Source of the DNA: Eubacteriales bacterium
Lineage (GTDB): Bacteria > Bacillota > Clostridia > Oscillospirales > JAAYXM01
Direction of reading: 5' to 3'
NCBI GenBank assembly: GCA_045533555.1
Contig: JAZSHZ010000315.1
Coordinates: 1 to 43,588 of the forward strand
DNA length: 43,588 bases
The notes under the pieces are model-generated. The model was given only the letters and a program-made list of their open reading frames with translations, did not search any database and had not been told where the DNA came from. The translations under genes were made by a program, and so were the position numbers. This document shows, in pieces, positions 24,697 through 32,540 of the stretch. How positions within the stretch are numbered: position 1 is the stretch's first letter; each line of letters begins with the position of its first letter.

Positions 24697-25887
24697 TCAT
24701 ATAGCGGTTTTTAGTCCATAGAAGCTGAGCGCGTTTTTATTATAAAGCATAGTGACAGGTTTGTTTGATAAGTGGTTAATCATTCCGATATGTTCAGCAA
24801 TCGGAATAAGTCCACTATCCTTACACTGGATAAAGAATGCAAGAGTTTTTTTCAACTGCTTCTTTTCGGAATCGGTGATTGAATCACCCACACTGATTAA
24901 AAACTCGTCAACGGGACCATTTTTAATAACAGGAATTTTGCCGATGAAGTTACCAACCGAGCGAGAGACATCAGCAAATTTGTTAGCGGCTTGTGTTGTT
25001 ATTGCATCTTTCTTCAAGTCTTCAATCTTGTCGAAGCACTCTGTGTAAAGATTGCGGAACTTCATAGCGTGTCCTCTGATTTCGTCCTCTATCTTTGAAA
25101 GATACGCTTCTTGAAAATTTTTTGAGAGCATTATCTCCATATACTCAGATAATGCAAAAACGTGAAGTGCCAATTTGTAATGAACGAAGCGGTCGAGAAT
25201 TTGACCAATCTTGTAAGAGGCAGATTGTATCTTCAACAGATTTTTCTTGGCGGAGAGAAGTTCTTCGATTTGCTCAATGTAAGAACGCAAGTCCTTCATA
25301 GCGTTTCGCTTTATGTTCTTTACTTGGTTGAGATTGACCACGAGGCTCGCTTCATTCTCCCAATAGAATTTATATTCATCCATATAAGATGATAGTAAAT
25401 CATAGTCAGCGAGAAGTTGCGATTTCTTGTCTCGCTCAAGTATGCCAATAATTTCTTTCTGCCCGTCCTTGATGTCTTGTACTTGCTTAACTACCGCAAG
25501 AACAGCGACGGCAACCAATGTTGCTTTGAGACAAGCGGGACCGATAGCTTTATCAACGGGAATCCATCGCGCCTGCCCGGCAATACCGTTGTTCATAATC
25601 GTTCCTAACGCACCGGATCCGTCCTTAGCCATAGCAAGTGTGCCGGTAACTCCTTTAGGGAAAACACAACGATATAGTCCCTCTGCAGCAGGTGTAGCCA
25701 TCGTTTCTACGACCCCTGCAAAAGCCCCGCCGAGAGCTGCAATCTCTGTGAACGGAATTTTTGCAAGCGGTGAGGTTAAGTAATTGTCCTTAATTTCATC
25801 AAGAGCGTGTTCTACTTGTACGCTCGATCTCAAACTTTTACCCGATTCGGAAAGATCGTTCAAGACAAACAATTCGTTGTTATCCAT
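24697..25887 (-). CDS. Hypothetical 396-aa protein: Gly/Ala-rich N-terminal region, one hydrophobic segment, long helical C-terminal part
   Basis: AGGAGG RBS and its own promoter. Hydrophobic stretch ACLKATLVAVAVLAVVKQV. The remainder is Lys/Glu/Leu-rich and helical-looking. No family recognised. Confidence 0.75.
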   Translation of the reverse strand: MDNNELFVLNDLSESGKSLRSSVQVEHALDEIKDNYLTSPLAKIPFTEIAALGGAFAGVVETMATPAAEGLYRCVFPKGVTGTLAMAKDGSGALGTIMNNGIAGQARWIPVDKAIGPACLKATLVAVAVLAVVKQVQDIKDGQKEIIGILERDKKSQLLADYDLLSSYMDEYKFYWENEASLVVNLNQVKNIKRNAMKDLRSYIEQIEELLSAKKNLLKIQSASYKIGQILDRFVHYKLALHVFALSEYMEIMLSKNFQEAYLSKIEDEIRGHAMKFRNLYTECFDKIEDLKKDAITTQAANKFADVSRSVGNFIGKIPVIKNGPVDEFLISVGDSITDSEKKQLKKTLAFFIQCKDSGLIPIAEHIGMINHLSNKPVTMLYNKNALSFYGLKTAI

Positions 25888-25980
25888 TTGTGCATCCTCC
25901 TGTCTGGACTAAATTTGTTGGCATACGGCCACAATAGCCGCTGTAAACTTTGCAAGGCTTCGGCTTTGTTTAATGAAAGC

Positions 25981-26009
25981 ATTATAGCACAAATGTTAAT
26001 CTTTTACAA
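25981..26009 (-). promoter_or_regulatory. Promoter of the cassette
   Basis: Minus strand TTGTAA (26009-26004), 17-nt spacer ending in TGc, TATAAT (25986-25981). Confidence 0.55.
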
Positions 26010-26014
26010 TATTC

Positions 26015-26041
26015 AAGAAATGCTCACCCTGAGCATTTCTT
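26015..26041. repeat. Perfect 11-bp inverted repeat immediately upstream of the cassette -35 box
   Basis: AAGAAATGCTC-accct-GAGCATTTCTT. It could be an operator or the terminator of an older element. Confidence 0.5.
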
Positions 26042-26055
26042 CTGTTATTTGCTTT

Positions 26056-26100
26056 TCCGCCTCTGAGAGCATATTTTCAATAAAAATCCCGTATCATTTT
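26056..26100 (-). pseudogene. Third, degenerate copy of the spoIVB 3' end
   Basis: TCCGCCtctGAGAGCATATTTTCaATAAAAATcccgTATC aligns to 24115-24160 at roughly 36 of 46 positions. It contains a 1-nt deletion, so it is non-coding. Confidence 0.5.
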
Positions 26101-26202
26101 TTTAATTATAGTCAACAGGATATATCAAAATTGTTTTTTCTTTAAAATCATAAAAGAACAGCTGTAATTTATGTGTTTGCCGGTTAGTCTGAAATTAATG
26201 AC

Positions 26203-26235
26203 AAAAGCCCACACCGTCACATAGTATGGGCTTTT
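26203..26235 (-). terminator. Terminator after the intact spoIVB
   Basis: AAAAGCCCA...TGGGCTTTT stem with a 15-nt loop and a short T-run. Confidence 0.5.
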
Positions 26236-26239
26236 GTTG

Positions 26240-27232
26240 CTATCCTGCCGAGTTAAGCATATTTTCTATAAAAATTGCATATCCTTTTGTCGGGTCGTTG
26301 ACTAAAACGTGTGTTACCGCACCAACCAATTTACCATTCTGAATTATAGGAGAACCGCTCATTCCGCGGACTATGCCGCCCGTCTTTGCGAGCAGGCGCG
26401 GGTCGGTCGCGCGGATAAGCATATTTTTCGTCGCCTCGCCGTCATAATATATTGCCGTTATTTCGATTTCATATTCCTCGACGTCATCACCCTCGATGTT
26501 TGAAAGTATCGTTGCTTTGCCCCTTTTTATCTCTTCCTTCTTTGCAATGGGGATGCATTCGCTCTTTTCGATTTCCGCATTTTCGCCGAGCTTGCCGAAG
26601 ATTCCGCCCTCGGTGTTTTTCTCGATTATTCCGAGCGTATCCGAGCCTTTGAATTCTCCGACGAGCTCGCCCGGTGAGCCGCATTTGCCTTTTTTGACGG
26701 ATGAGACCTCGCTTTCGATCAGCTCTCCGTTTTCAATCGGGATGAGAAGACCCGTATCGGAATCGGAGATGCCGTGACCGAGCGCACCGTAGGTGCCGCT
26801 TTCCGCGTCAAGAAAAGTCATCGTCCCGATTCCCGCAAGTCTGTCGCGTATCCATATTCCGAGTGCATATTCGCCGTCTTCGTTTTTCTGCGGAGTGACG
26901 GTTTCTGTCTTCATCTTTCCGTCACGCATGAATTCGATTATGAGAGCCTTTCCGCCCGAGTTTTCAACCGCGCTCCGAAGCTCGGAGTTTGAATGGATCG
27001 GTGCGCCATCGACGCTCATTATGACGTCACCGGGCGCGAGTCCTGCCGCCCTTGCGGGGGTTGAAGCCGATCCTTCGCTCATATCGATGATGATTGCCCC
27101 GTCCGACCGAAGCCTGATTCCCGCCGTATGGCCGAGCGGGATGAGTGAGTCCGCGGCGCTCGCCGTTATTATAAAAGAAAAAATTATGATAACAGCGAGT
27201 ATAATTTTAGTTGATTTTTTCGCTTCTTGCAT
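26240..27232 (-). CDS. spoIVB: Stage IV sporulation protein B (S55 signal peptidase with PDZ domain)
   Basis: Signal anchor, PDZ (GLAPGDVIMSVDG), S55 core (GIGTMTF...YGALGH, MSGSPIIQNGKLVGAVTHV). AAGGAGG RBS. Confidence 0.9.
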   Translation of the reverse strand: MQEAKKSTKIILAVIIIFSFIITASAADSLIPLGHTAGIRLRSDGAIIIDMSEGSASTPARAAGLAPGDVIMSVDGAPIHSNSELRSAVENSGGKALIIEFMRDGKMKTETVTPQKNEDGEYALGIWIRDRLAGIGTMTFLDAESGTYGALGHGISDSDTGLLIPIENGELIESEVSSVKKGKCGSPGELVGEFKGSDTLGIIEKNTEGGIFGKLGENAEIEKSECIPIAKKEEIKRGKATILSNIEGDDVEEYEIEITAIYYDGEATKNMLIRATDPRLLAKTGGIVRGMSGSPIIQNGKLVGAVTHVLVNDPTKGYAIFIENMLNSAG

Positions 27233-27319
27233 ATAAAACCTCCTTTCAGAGATTAATATATGCAGAATGAGTTCGGATATTTTGGGAATATCGGAAAATT
27301 AAGCGCGCCCTTCCTTTTG

Positions 27320-27352
27320 AAAAAAAGCGATGCGCGAAATCTCGCGCACCGC
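27320..27352 (-). terminator. Terminator after the SNF2 helicase gene
   Basis: Minus strand GCGGTGCGCGA-gatt-TCGCGCATCGC followed by TTTTTTT. Confidence 0.8.
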
Positions 27353-27371
27353 AAAAATGGTTTCCTGAATT

Positions 27372-29531
27372 TTACTGATTTTTTTCGTCGGAGATGCCGA
27401 GGCGATCTCTTTCCTGCGCGATGATCTGCGCGGCAACTGCGCTCTCCGCAAGCTCCTCCGCCTCTGTTGCAACGACGGATTCATCAGCGAATTTATCAAA
27501 AATTTCCTGTTTTGTTTTAAGAATTTCGAGAACTCTTTCATCCACGGAATCATCCGAGAGAAGCCTGAAGACCTCGACGTTGCGCGTCTGACCCATTCGG
27601 TAGGCGCGGGAGAGAGCCTGATTTTCGATGGACGGCTTTATCTGCGGCTCGCAGAAGATAACGACGCTTGCCGCCTGGATATTGAGACCCGTGCCGCCTG
27701 CCTGCACCTGTGAAACAAGAACACTGCCGACGGGAGCCGCCGTGAATTCATCGACAAGCTCCTGCCGTTTTGCAAGCGAGATATCGCCCGTAATCGGTCC
27801 GATGCAACGGTCACCGAGAAGCTCTGTGACGCGGCTGACCGTATTTCGGAAGAAGGAGAAGACGATGATTTTTCTTCCCTCCTCGCGCGCTTCATCGCAA
27901 AGCTCAAGAAGCCTTGCCGCTTTTTGCGATTTTCCGCTTCCTGCAATATTCCAGGATACCTGGCGCATTGCCATGAAGTTGCCTTCTCTGACAGCTTCGC
28001 GGTATATTGAAAGCTCCTCGGAATTCATTTCGCACCATTCCTCGGTCTCAATCAGCTCGGGAAGCTCCTTGAGAACCTCCTCGCGCGTTCTGCGGAGATA
28101 GACGGGAGCAAGAGTTCTTCGGAATTGCTCTGCCTTTGAGAGATATTTTATTTTCTCAAGCTCCGCGGCAACATCCGATTGCAGGCAGCTTACGAGGAAG
28201 CACATTTCCTCAACCTTGTTCTCAATCGGCGTGCCTGTCATGAAGAGGACTCTTTCGCTCTTGTTGTTGATTTCCATAAGCGCTTTCGTTCTGATGGCTT
28301 CGGGGTTTTTGACATAGTGCGCCTCGTCACAGACGAGCATATCGATCCTCTGCGCTTCGGGGAGGTCGAATTTGCTGATAGTTTCAAACGTCGTGACTGC
28401 GACACCGCCCGATGAAAGCCATGCATTGAGAGCGGTTTCGACGTCACCGTGAACCTTATGGGCGGTAAGCGGGGAGAACTTCGTGATTTCTCTGCACCAG
28501 TTGACGACGACGCTTGCGGGGCAGACAACCATAAAATGCGTCTTTCCTTCCGCCGCGAGGGAGACGAAGGCGGCGATTGCCTGCATTGTCTTTCCGAGAC
28601 CCATTTCATCGCCGAGAAGAGCTCTTTCCTGACATAGCGCATATCTGGTGCCGAATTCCTGATAGGAGCGGAGCGTTGCATTGAGCCCATCAAGCTTCAG
28701 TGGGAAGGAAGAAACCTTGAGAACAAGGTCTTCATCCATATTGCTTCCCGAAAGCGTTGCGGCATCAAGCTTTGTTCCGCCGAGCTTTTCAAGCTCCGCA
28801 TAATAGGCAGATGAGCGAAGCTCGAAATCGGAAAGCTTATCCTCGAAGGTTGCCGACGTAATTTCGCGCCATGTTTCGATAATATCTCTCGAGCCGTTTC
28901 CGAAATCGCCCGAATAGAGCTCATAGATAGCCTCGACTCCTGCCGCCGCGCGCTCCTTGGATGCGCGCGTTGCGAATAACCAGCTCAATCCGTTTTTCGA
29001 AGCCTTCGCGGAGGTGAGAGCCTCGTTGACGGATTTTCTGTATTGCATACTGAGCTTTTTTGCCTGCTCCGAAAGCGGCTTTGCTCCGATATATGTGTAT
29101 AACGCGCCGATAAGCTCCTTTGCTTCGGGTGTAAGATTATCGATGGTAAGGCGAAGACTCGTCGTTTTTTTGATTTCGCGAATCATCCTGTCCGCAATGC
29201 GCTTGATCTTCATTGCGGTCTCCTGACCTATGCCGGGAAGGGCATTTAGCCTGCTCAGAGTTACCTTCGATAAATCATAGAGCGTGTTTATGCCTGCGTT
29301 TTTGAGCGCGGAAACCCTTATGTTGCTTCCGACAGTGTTGAGCTCATCAACGCTGACGGATTTGAGAGTTTCGATCGCTTCGCGCTCTATCGCGGGGTTG
29401 ATTCTTTTTTTGACCTCCGCTTTTGCGCTTCCTTCGCTGAGCGCAATGGTCTGCAACTCGCGAAGATAGACCCTGAGCTCCTTGAATTCCGATTTTACCG
29501 ACGCAAAATCAGGTCTTGAAATTTTAGCCAT
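27372..29531 (-). CDS. SNF2-family DEAD/DEAH helicase with an N-terminal region of about 290 aa containing HhH motifs
   Basis: Motif I DEMGLGKT, motif II CDEAHYVKN, C-terminal QAGGTGLNI and QALSRAYRMGQ. N-terminal LNALPGIGQETAMKI is HhH-like. Confidence 0.85.
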   Translation of the reverse strand: MAKISRPDFASVKSEFKELRVYLRELQTIALSEGSAKAEVKKRINPAIEREAIETLKSVSVDELNTVGSNIRVSALKNAGINTLYDLSKVTLSRLNALPGIGQETAMKIKRIADRMIREIKKTTSLRLTIDNLTPEAKELIGALYTYIGAKPLSEQAKKLSMQYRKSVNEALTSAKASKNGLSWLFATRASKERAAAGVEAIYELYSGDFGNGSRDIIETWREITSATFEDKLSDFELRSSAYYAELEKLGGTKLDAATLSGSNMDEDLVLKVSSFPLKLDGLNATLRSYQEFGTRYALCQERALLGDEMGLGKTMQAIAAFVSLAAEGKTHFMVVCPASVVVNWCREITKFSPLTAHKVHGDVETALNAWLSSGGVAVTTFETISKFDLPEAQRIDMLVCDEAHYVKNPEAIRTKALMEINNKSERVLFMTGTPIENKVEEMCFLVSCLQSDVAAELEKIKYLSKAEQFRRTLAPVYLRRTREEVLKELPELIETEEWCEMNSEELSIYREAVREGNFMAMRQVSWNIAGSGKSQKAARLLELCDEAREEGRKIIVFSFFRNTVSRVTELLGDRCIGPITGDISLAKRQELVDEFTAAPVGSVLVSQVQAGGTGLNIQAASVVIFCEPQIKPSIENQALSRAYRMGQTRNVEVFRLLSDDSVDERVLEILKTKQEIFDKFADESVVATEAEELAESAVAAQIIAQERDRLGISDEKNQ

Positions 29532-29549
29532 TGACTACAGCCGCCTTTC

Positions 29550-31118
29550 TTATTTCAATTCAATATCATCAAACGGCAATTTGCCGCGCGCTTCGAGCTT
29601 GCCCGCGAGGACTTCGATTGCGTGCAGCTGTGATTCGGGGATGAGATAGCCGAAGATGACGCGCTTTATGTGAAGAAGATTCTTGAGTGCAAACGGATTT
29701 CCGAAATGCACCACCGCGGAAATCTTTCCCGAATAGATGAGAGCATTGAGGACGGATTCGCTTCTTCTTGTGAGAGAGTCCGTTCCGAGATAGCTCGTCG
29801 TGTCGCAATAGGTGACGAATATGACCTCGCGGTATTTCGTTGCCGCGTTGAGGACTCTTTCATGGTCATCCTTGCCCGAAAATTCGGGAATGAATTCAAG
29901 CCCCGAATTGGGAAATTCGCGGCGGATCTTTTCGCCGATTGCCTTGTGGCGATACCAGCTCTCAACTTCGATTTCGCCTGACCATCCGGGGCGGTTCTCC
30001 GTTGCTTCCATAACGATAAAGAGCTTATCCTCATCCTTTCCGCCGAGAGCGGGGGAGATTCCGTCATCGCAGACGGCGGTTATGCAATCGCGCGCGACGG
30101 AGCAGAGCGCCGCCTCGTCCTTTTTCGTAAACTCCGTCGGATTTTCGGGACGGCTTCCGACGAATTCCTGCGCACGGAGCACACGGCGGACGGCATTGTC
30201 AAGCTGCTCTTCGGAGAATGCGCCATCCTCGAAGTTTTTGCAGAGCATTTCGAATGCATCGCGGACGGGAGTCCTGTAGTTCGGGAGAATGATATCGTTT
30301 CCCGCATCGATCGCCATACCGTAGATATTCTCCTCGCCGAATTTCTGGAGGATGCCCATCATCGCGAAGGAGTCCGTGAAAATAACTCCGTCATAGCCGA
30401 GCTTTCTTATTATGCCGATGACTTTTTTCGAGAGTGAAGCGGGATATTGCGGGTCAATGTTGCGATAGACCGTGTGGTCGGTCATAATGCAAGGGAGAAG
30501 ATTCTTTTCCATAAGATAACGATATGGCGCAAGGTCGAAGGAAAGGAGATCCTCCTCCGTGACCTCAGAGAATCCCTCCGCCATATGCGTGTCAAACATA
30601 CTGTCGTGTCCGCCCGGATAATGCTTGCCCGTCCAGAGATAGTGGTTATCGCGGAAGACCTCGCAGATGACCTCCGCGCTTCTTGCGACCTTTTCCGGGT
30701 TATCGGAAATGCGCCTGTGGACGCGGCAGGGGCCGTCCGTGTGGAGAATATCGAGAACGGGGCCCCAGTTTCCGTTGAAGCCTGCCGCTTTTGCATCGCG
30801 CGCGATTCCCTTTGCGAATGCGCGGATATATTCCTCGTTGTTGCAGGCGGAGAGTGACATCAGCGGAATCTTCGGAAGCTCGCTTGTCGGAAAGCCCATT
30901 TCCGCGTCATTGAAGACGAGAATGGGATAATCCGCGGCGGCAAGTATCTTTTCCGTAATGTCGGGGCGGTGTGCCTGAAGCTGAACACAGCCGAGCTCAC
31001 GCCTTTTTATCATTCCGATAATATAGTCGAGGTTTTCGCCGTCAAGATTTCTTGCGCAGAAGACCATACCGAGCTTTTGGCGGAGTGTCAAATCTTCGGT
31101 TTTTAAAAGCATATTCAT
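29550..31118 (-). CDS. Glycoside hydrolase family 3 protein (NagZ-like beta-hexosaminidase/glucosidase), cytoplasmic
   Basis: GKHYPGGHD and FTDSFAM motifs. No signal peptide. The second Met (31112) has better SD spacing. Confidence 0.75.
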   Translation of the reverse strand: MNMLLKTEDLTLRQKLGMVFCARNLDGENLDYIIGMIKRRELGCVQLQAHRPDITEKILAAADYPILVFNDAEMGFPTSELPKIPLMSLSACNNEEYIRAFAKGIARDAKAAGFNGNWGPVLDILHTDGPCRVHRRISDNPEKVARSAEVICEVFRDNHYLWTGKHYPGGHDSMFDTHMAEGFSEVTEEDLLSFDLAPYRYLMEKNLLPCIMTDHTVYRNIDPQYPASLSKKVIGIIRKLGYDGVIFTDSFAMMGILQKFGEENIYGMAIDAGNDIILPNYRTPVRDAFEMLCKNFEDGAFSEEQLDNAVRRVLRAQEFVGSRPENPTEFTKKDEAALCSVARDCITAVCDDGISPALGGKDEDKLFIVMEATENRPGWSGEIEVESWYRHKAIGEKIRREFPNSGLEFIPEFSGKDDHERVLNAATKYREVIFVTYCDTTSYLGTDSLTRRSESVLNALIYSGKISAVVHFGNPFALKNLLHIKRVIFGYLIPESQLHAIEVLAGKLEARGKLPFDDIELK

Positions 31119-31124
31119 GTCTCC

Positions 31125-32489
31125 TTATATAACTTTTTTCTCAAGCCACTTGCCGTTTCGGAGTCGTACTGTTGAGAATGCGGCACAGATGAGATGGTTT
31201 GCACCCATTCCTATCCACATGCCGAGGACTCCTGTTTTGAGCAATATGGAAAAGACATATGAAAGAACAACGCGCCCCATAAACATTCCGATAAGGGATG
31301 CGCTGACGGCATATTTCGTGTCGCCGGATGCCCGGAATGATGAAAGCGGGATGAATGCGCGTGCATAGAATGTAGTCATCGTGAAGAGAGATGCATACAG
31401 AAGTTGTTTTGCACATTCTGAAAGCAGGCTCTCATCGAGACCATAGAGCGAGACCAATTGATAGCGGAAGATTATGAGAAGTGAGAAGAGCGCAATTGTT
31501 GCTATATTTGCATAGCGCATGAATTTTTTCGTATATATTTTTGCCTGCTCGGTTTCTCCTGCACCGATGCACTGCCCGACAACGGTCATAACAACGACCT
31601 GCAAGGCAGAAAGTATACTCCATGCGATTCCGCCTATCTTGCAGGTTATGGAGCATACCGTTACGGCGGCGGTGCCGATGGATGCAAGCATCATTGAGAT
31701 GAGAATCGAGCCAAACTGATTCAGGCCTCCTTCAATTCCGTTTGCGATGCCGATACCCGTGACTCTTTTCAGAATATCCTTTTCAAAGCGGATTTTCCAG
31801 AGTTTTGTGAGGTATATCGGAGATTCGCGGTTTCGAAGGACGAGAATGCCGAGTATGCAATAGACAACGCGTGAAAGAGTTGTTGAAATAGCGGCACCTG
31901 CAACACCCATGTCAAAGACATAGATGAAAATGGCGTTTCCGATCGCGTTGAGGATATTGACAGTACCTGCGATATAGAGAGCGAGCTTCATATCTGCCTG
32001 GGAGCGGAGCATCGTCGCGCAGACGTTTCCGACCGAATAGACGGGAAATCCCAGAAGGATCCAGAAGAAATATGTCTTGCAATGAGCGAAGACCAAGGGG
32101 TCAAGCTCGCCATAGACGAACTTTATGGCAGGTGACGTGAAGATGAGCAGAAGCGCCATGATGATTGCGGAATAGAGCGTTGAGATATAGAGCGTTTGCT
32201 TTGCCGCCTTTCGCGCGCTTTCAAAATCACCCCGACCGATATACTGCGCCGCCACGACTCCGCCGCCTGCAGCTATTGAATTCTGAATAAGCATGAAGAA
32301 GGAGAGAATCGTGTCCGCAAGGGAAACGGCGCTGACGGCTTCGCTTCCCGCTGTCGCAACCATGATCGAGTCGACGAGACCGACCGTCATAAAAAGAAGC
32401 GCATCGATAACGACCGGGATAGCAAGAGAGATAAGCTGGCCGTTTGAAAACATTGGATTTGAAATTTTCGGTGAAAGAGTCTTTGTCAT
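31125..32489 (-). CDS. MATE-family efflux transporter (paralog 1)
   Basis: 12-TM pattern. Shares the motifs AGSEAVSAVSL, DMGVAGAAISTTL, VGQCIGAG, ASGDTKYA with the two upstream genes. Confidence 0.85.
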   Translation of the reverse strand: MTKTLSPKISNPMFSNGQLISLAIPVVIDALLFMTVGLVDSIMVATAGSEAVSAVSLADTILSFFMLIQNSIAAGGGVVAAQYIGRGDFESARKAAKQTLYISTLYSAIIMALLLIFTSPAIKFVYGELDPLVFAHCKTYFFWILLGFPVYSVGNVCATMLRSQADMKLALYIAGTVNILNAIGNAIFIYVFDMGVAGAAISTTLSRVVYCILGILVLRNRESPIYLTKLWKIRFEKDILKRVTGIGIANGIEGGLNQFGSILISMMLASIGTAAVTVCSITCKIGGIAWSILSALQVVVMTVVGQCIGAGETEQAKIYTKKFMRYANIATIALFSLLIIFRYQLVSLYGLDESLLSECAKQLLYASLFTMTTFYARAFIPLSSFRASGDTKYAVSASLIGMFMGRVVLSYVFSILLKTGVLGMWIGMGANHLICAAFSTVRLRNGKWLEKKVI

Positions 32490-32540
32490 ATTTCCAAAAC
32501 CTCCGCAAAAGCCTTCCCCGCAAGGAGGAAGGCTTTAAGC

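Larger units (their letters stand above)
24111..26361. mobile_element. Integrase-less insertion cassette of about 2.1 kb, bounded by att-like 122-nt direct repeats at the 3' end of spoIVB
   Basis: Direct repeats at 24111-24232 and 26240-26361. The interior is AT-rich and carries its own promoter, two genes and a terminator. No recombinase gene is present. Confidence 0.55.

Noticed and set aside
25807-26145. 112-aa plus-strand ORF spanning the cassette promoter region
   Set aside because: It starts antisense inside the 396-aa gene and crosses the promoter, the inverted repeat and the decayed spoIVB remnant. It is an AT-rich chance ORF.
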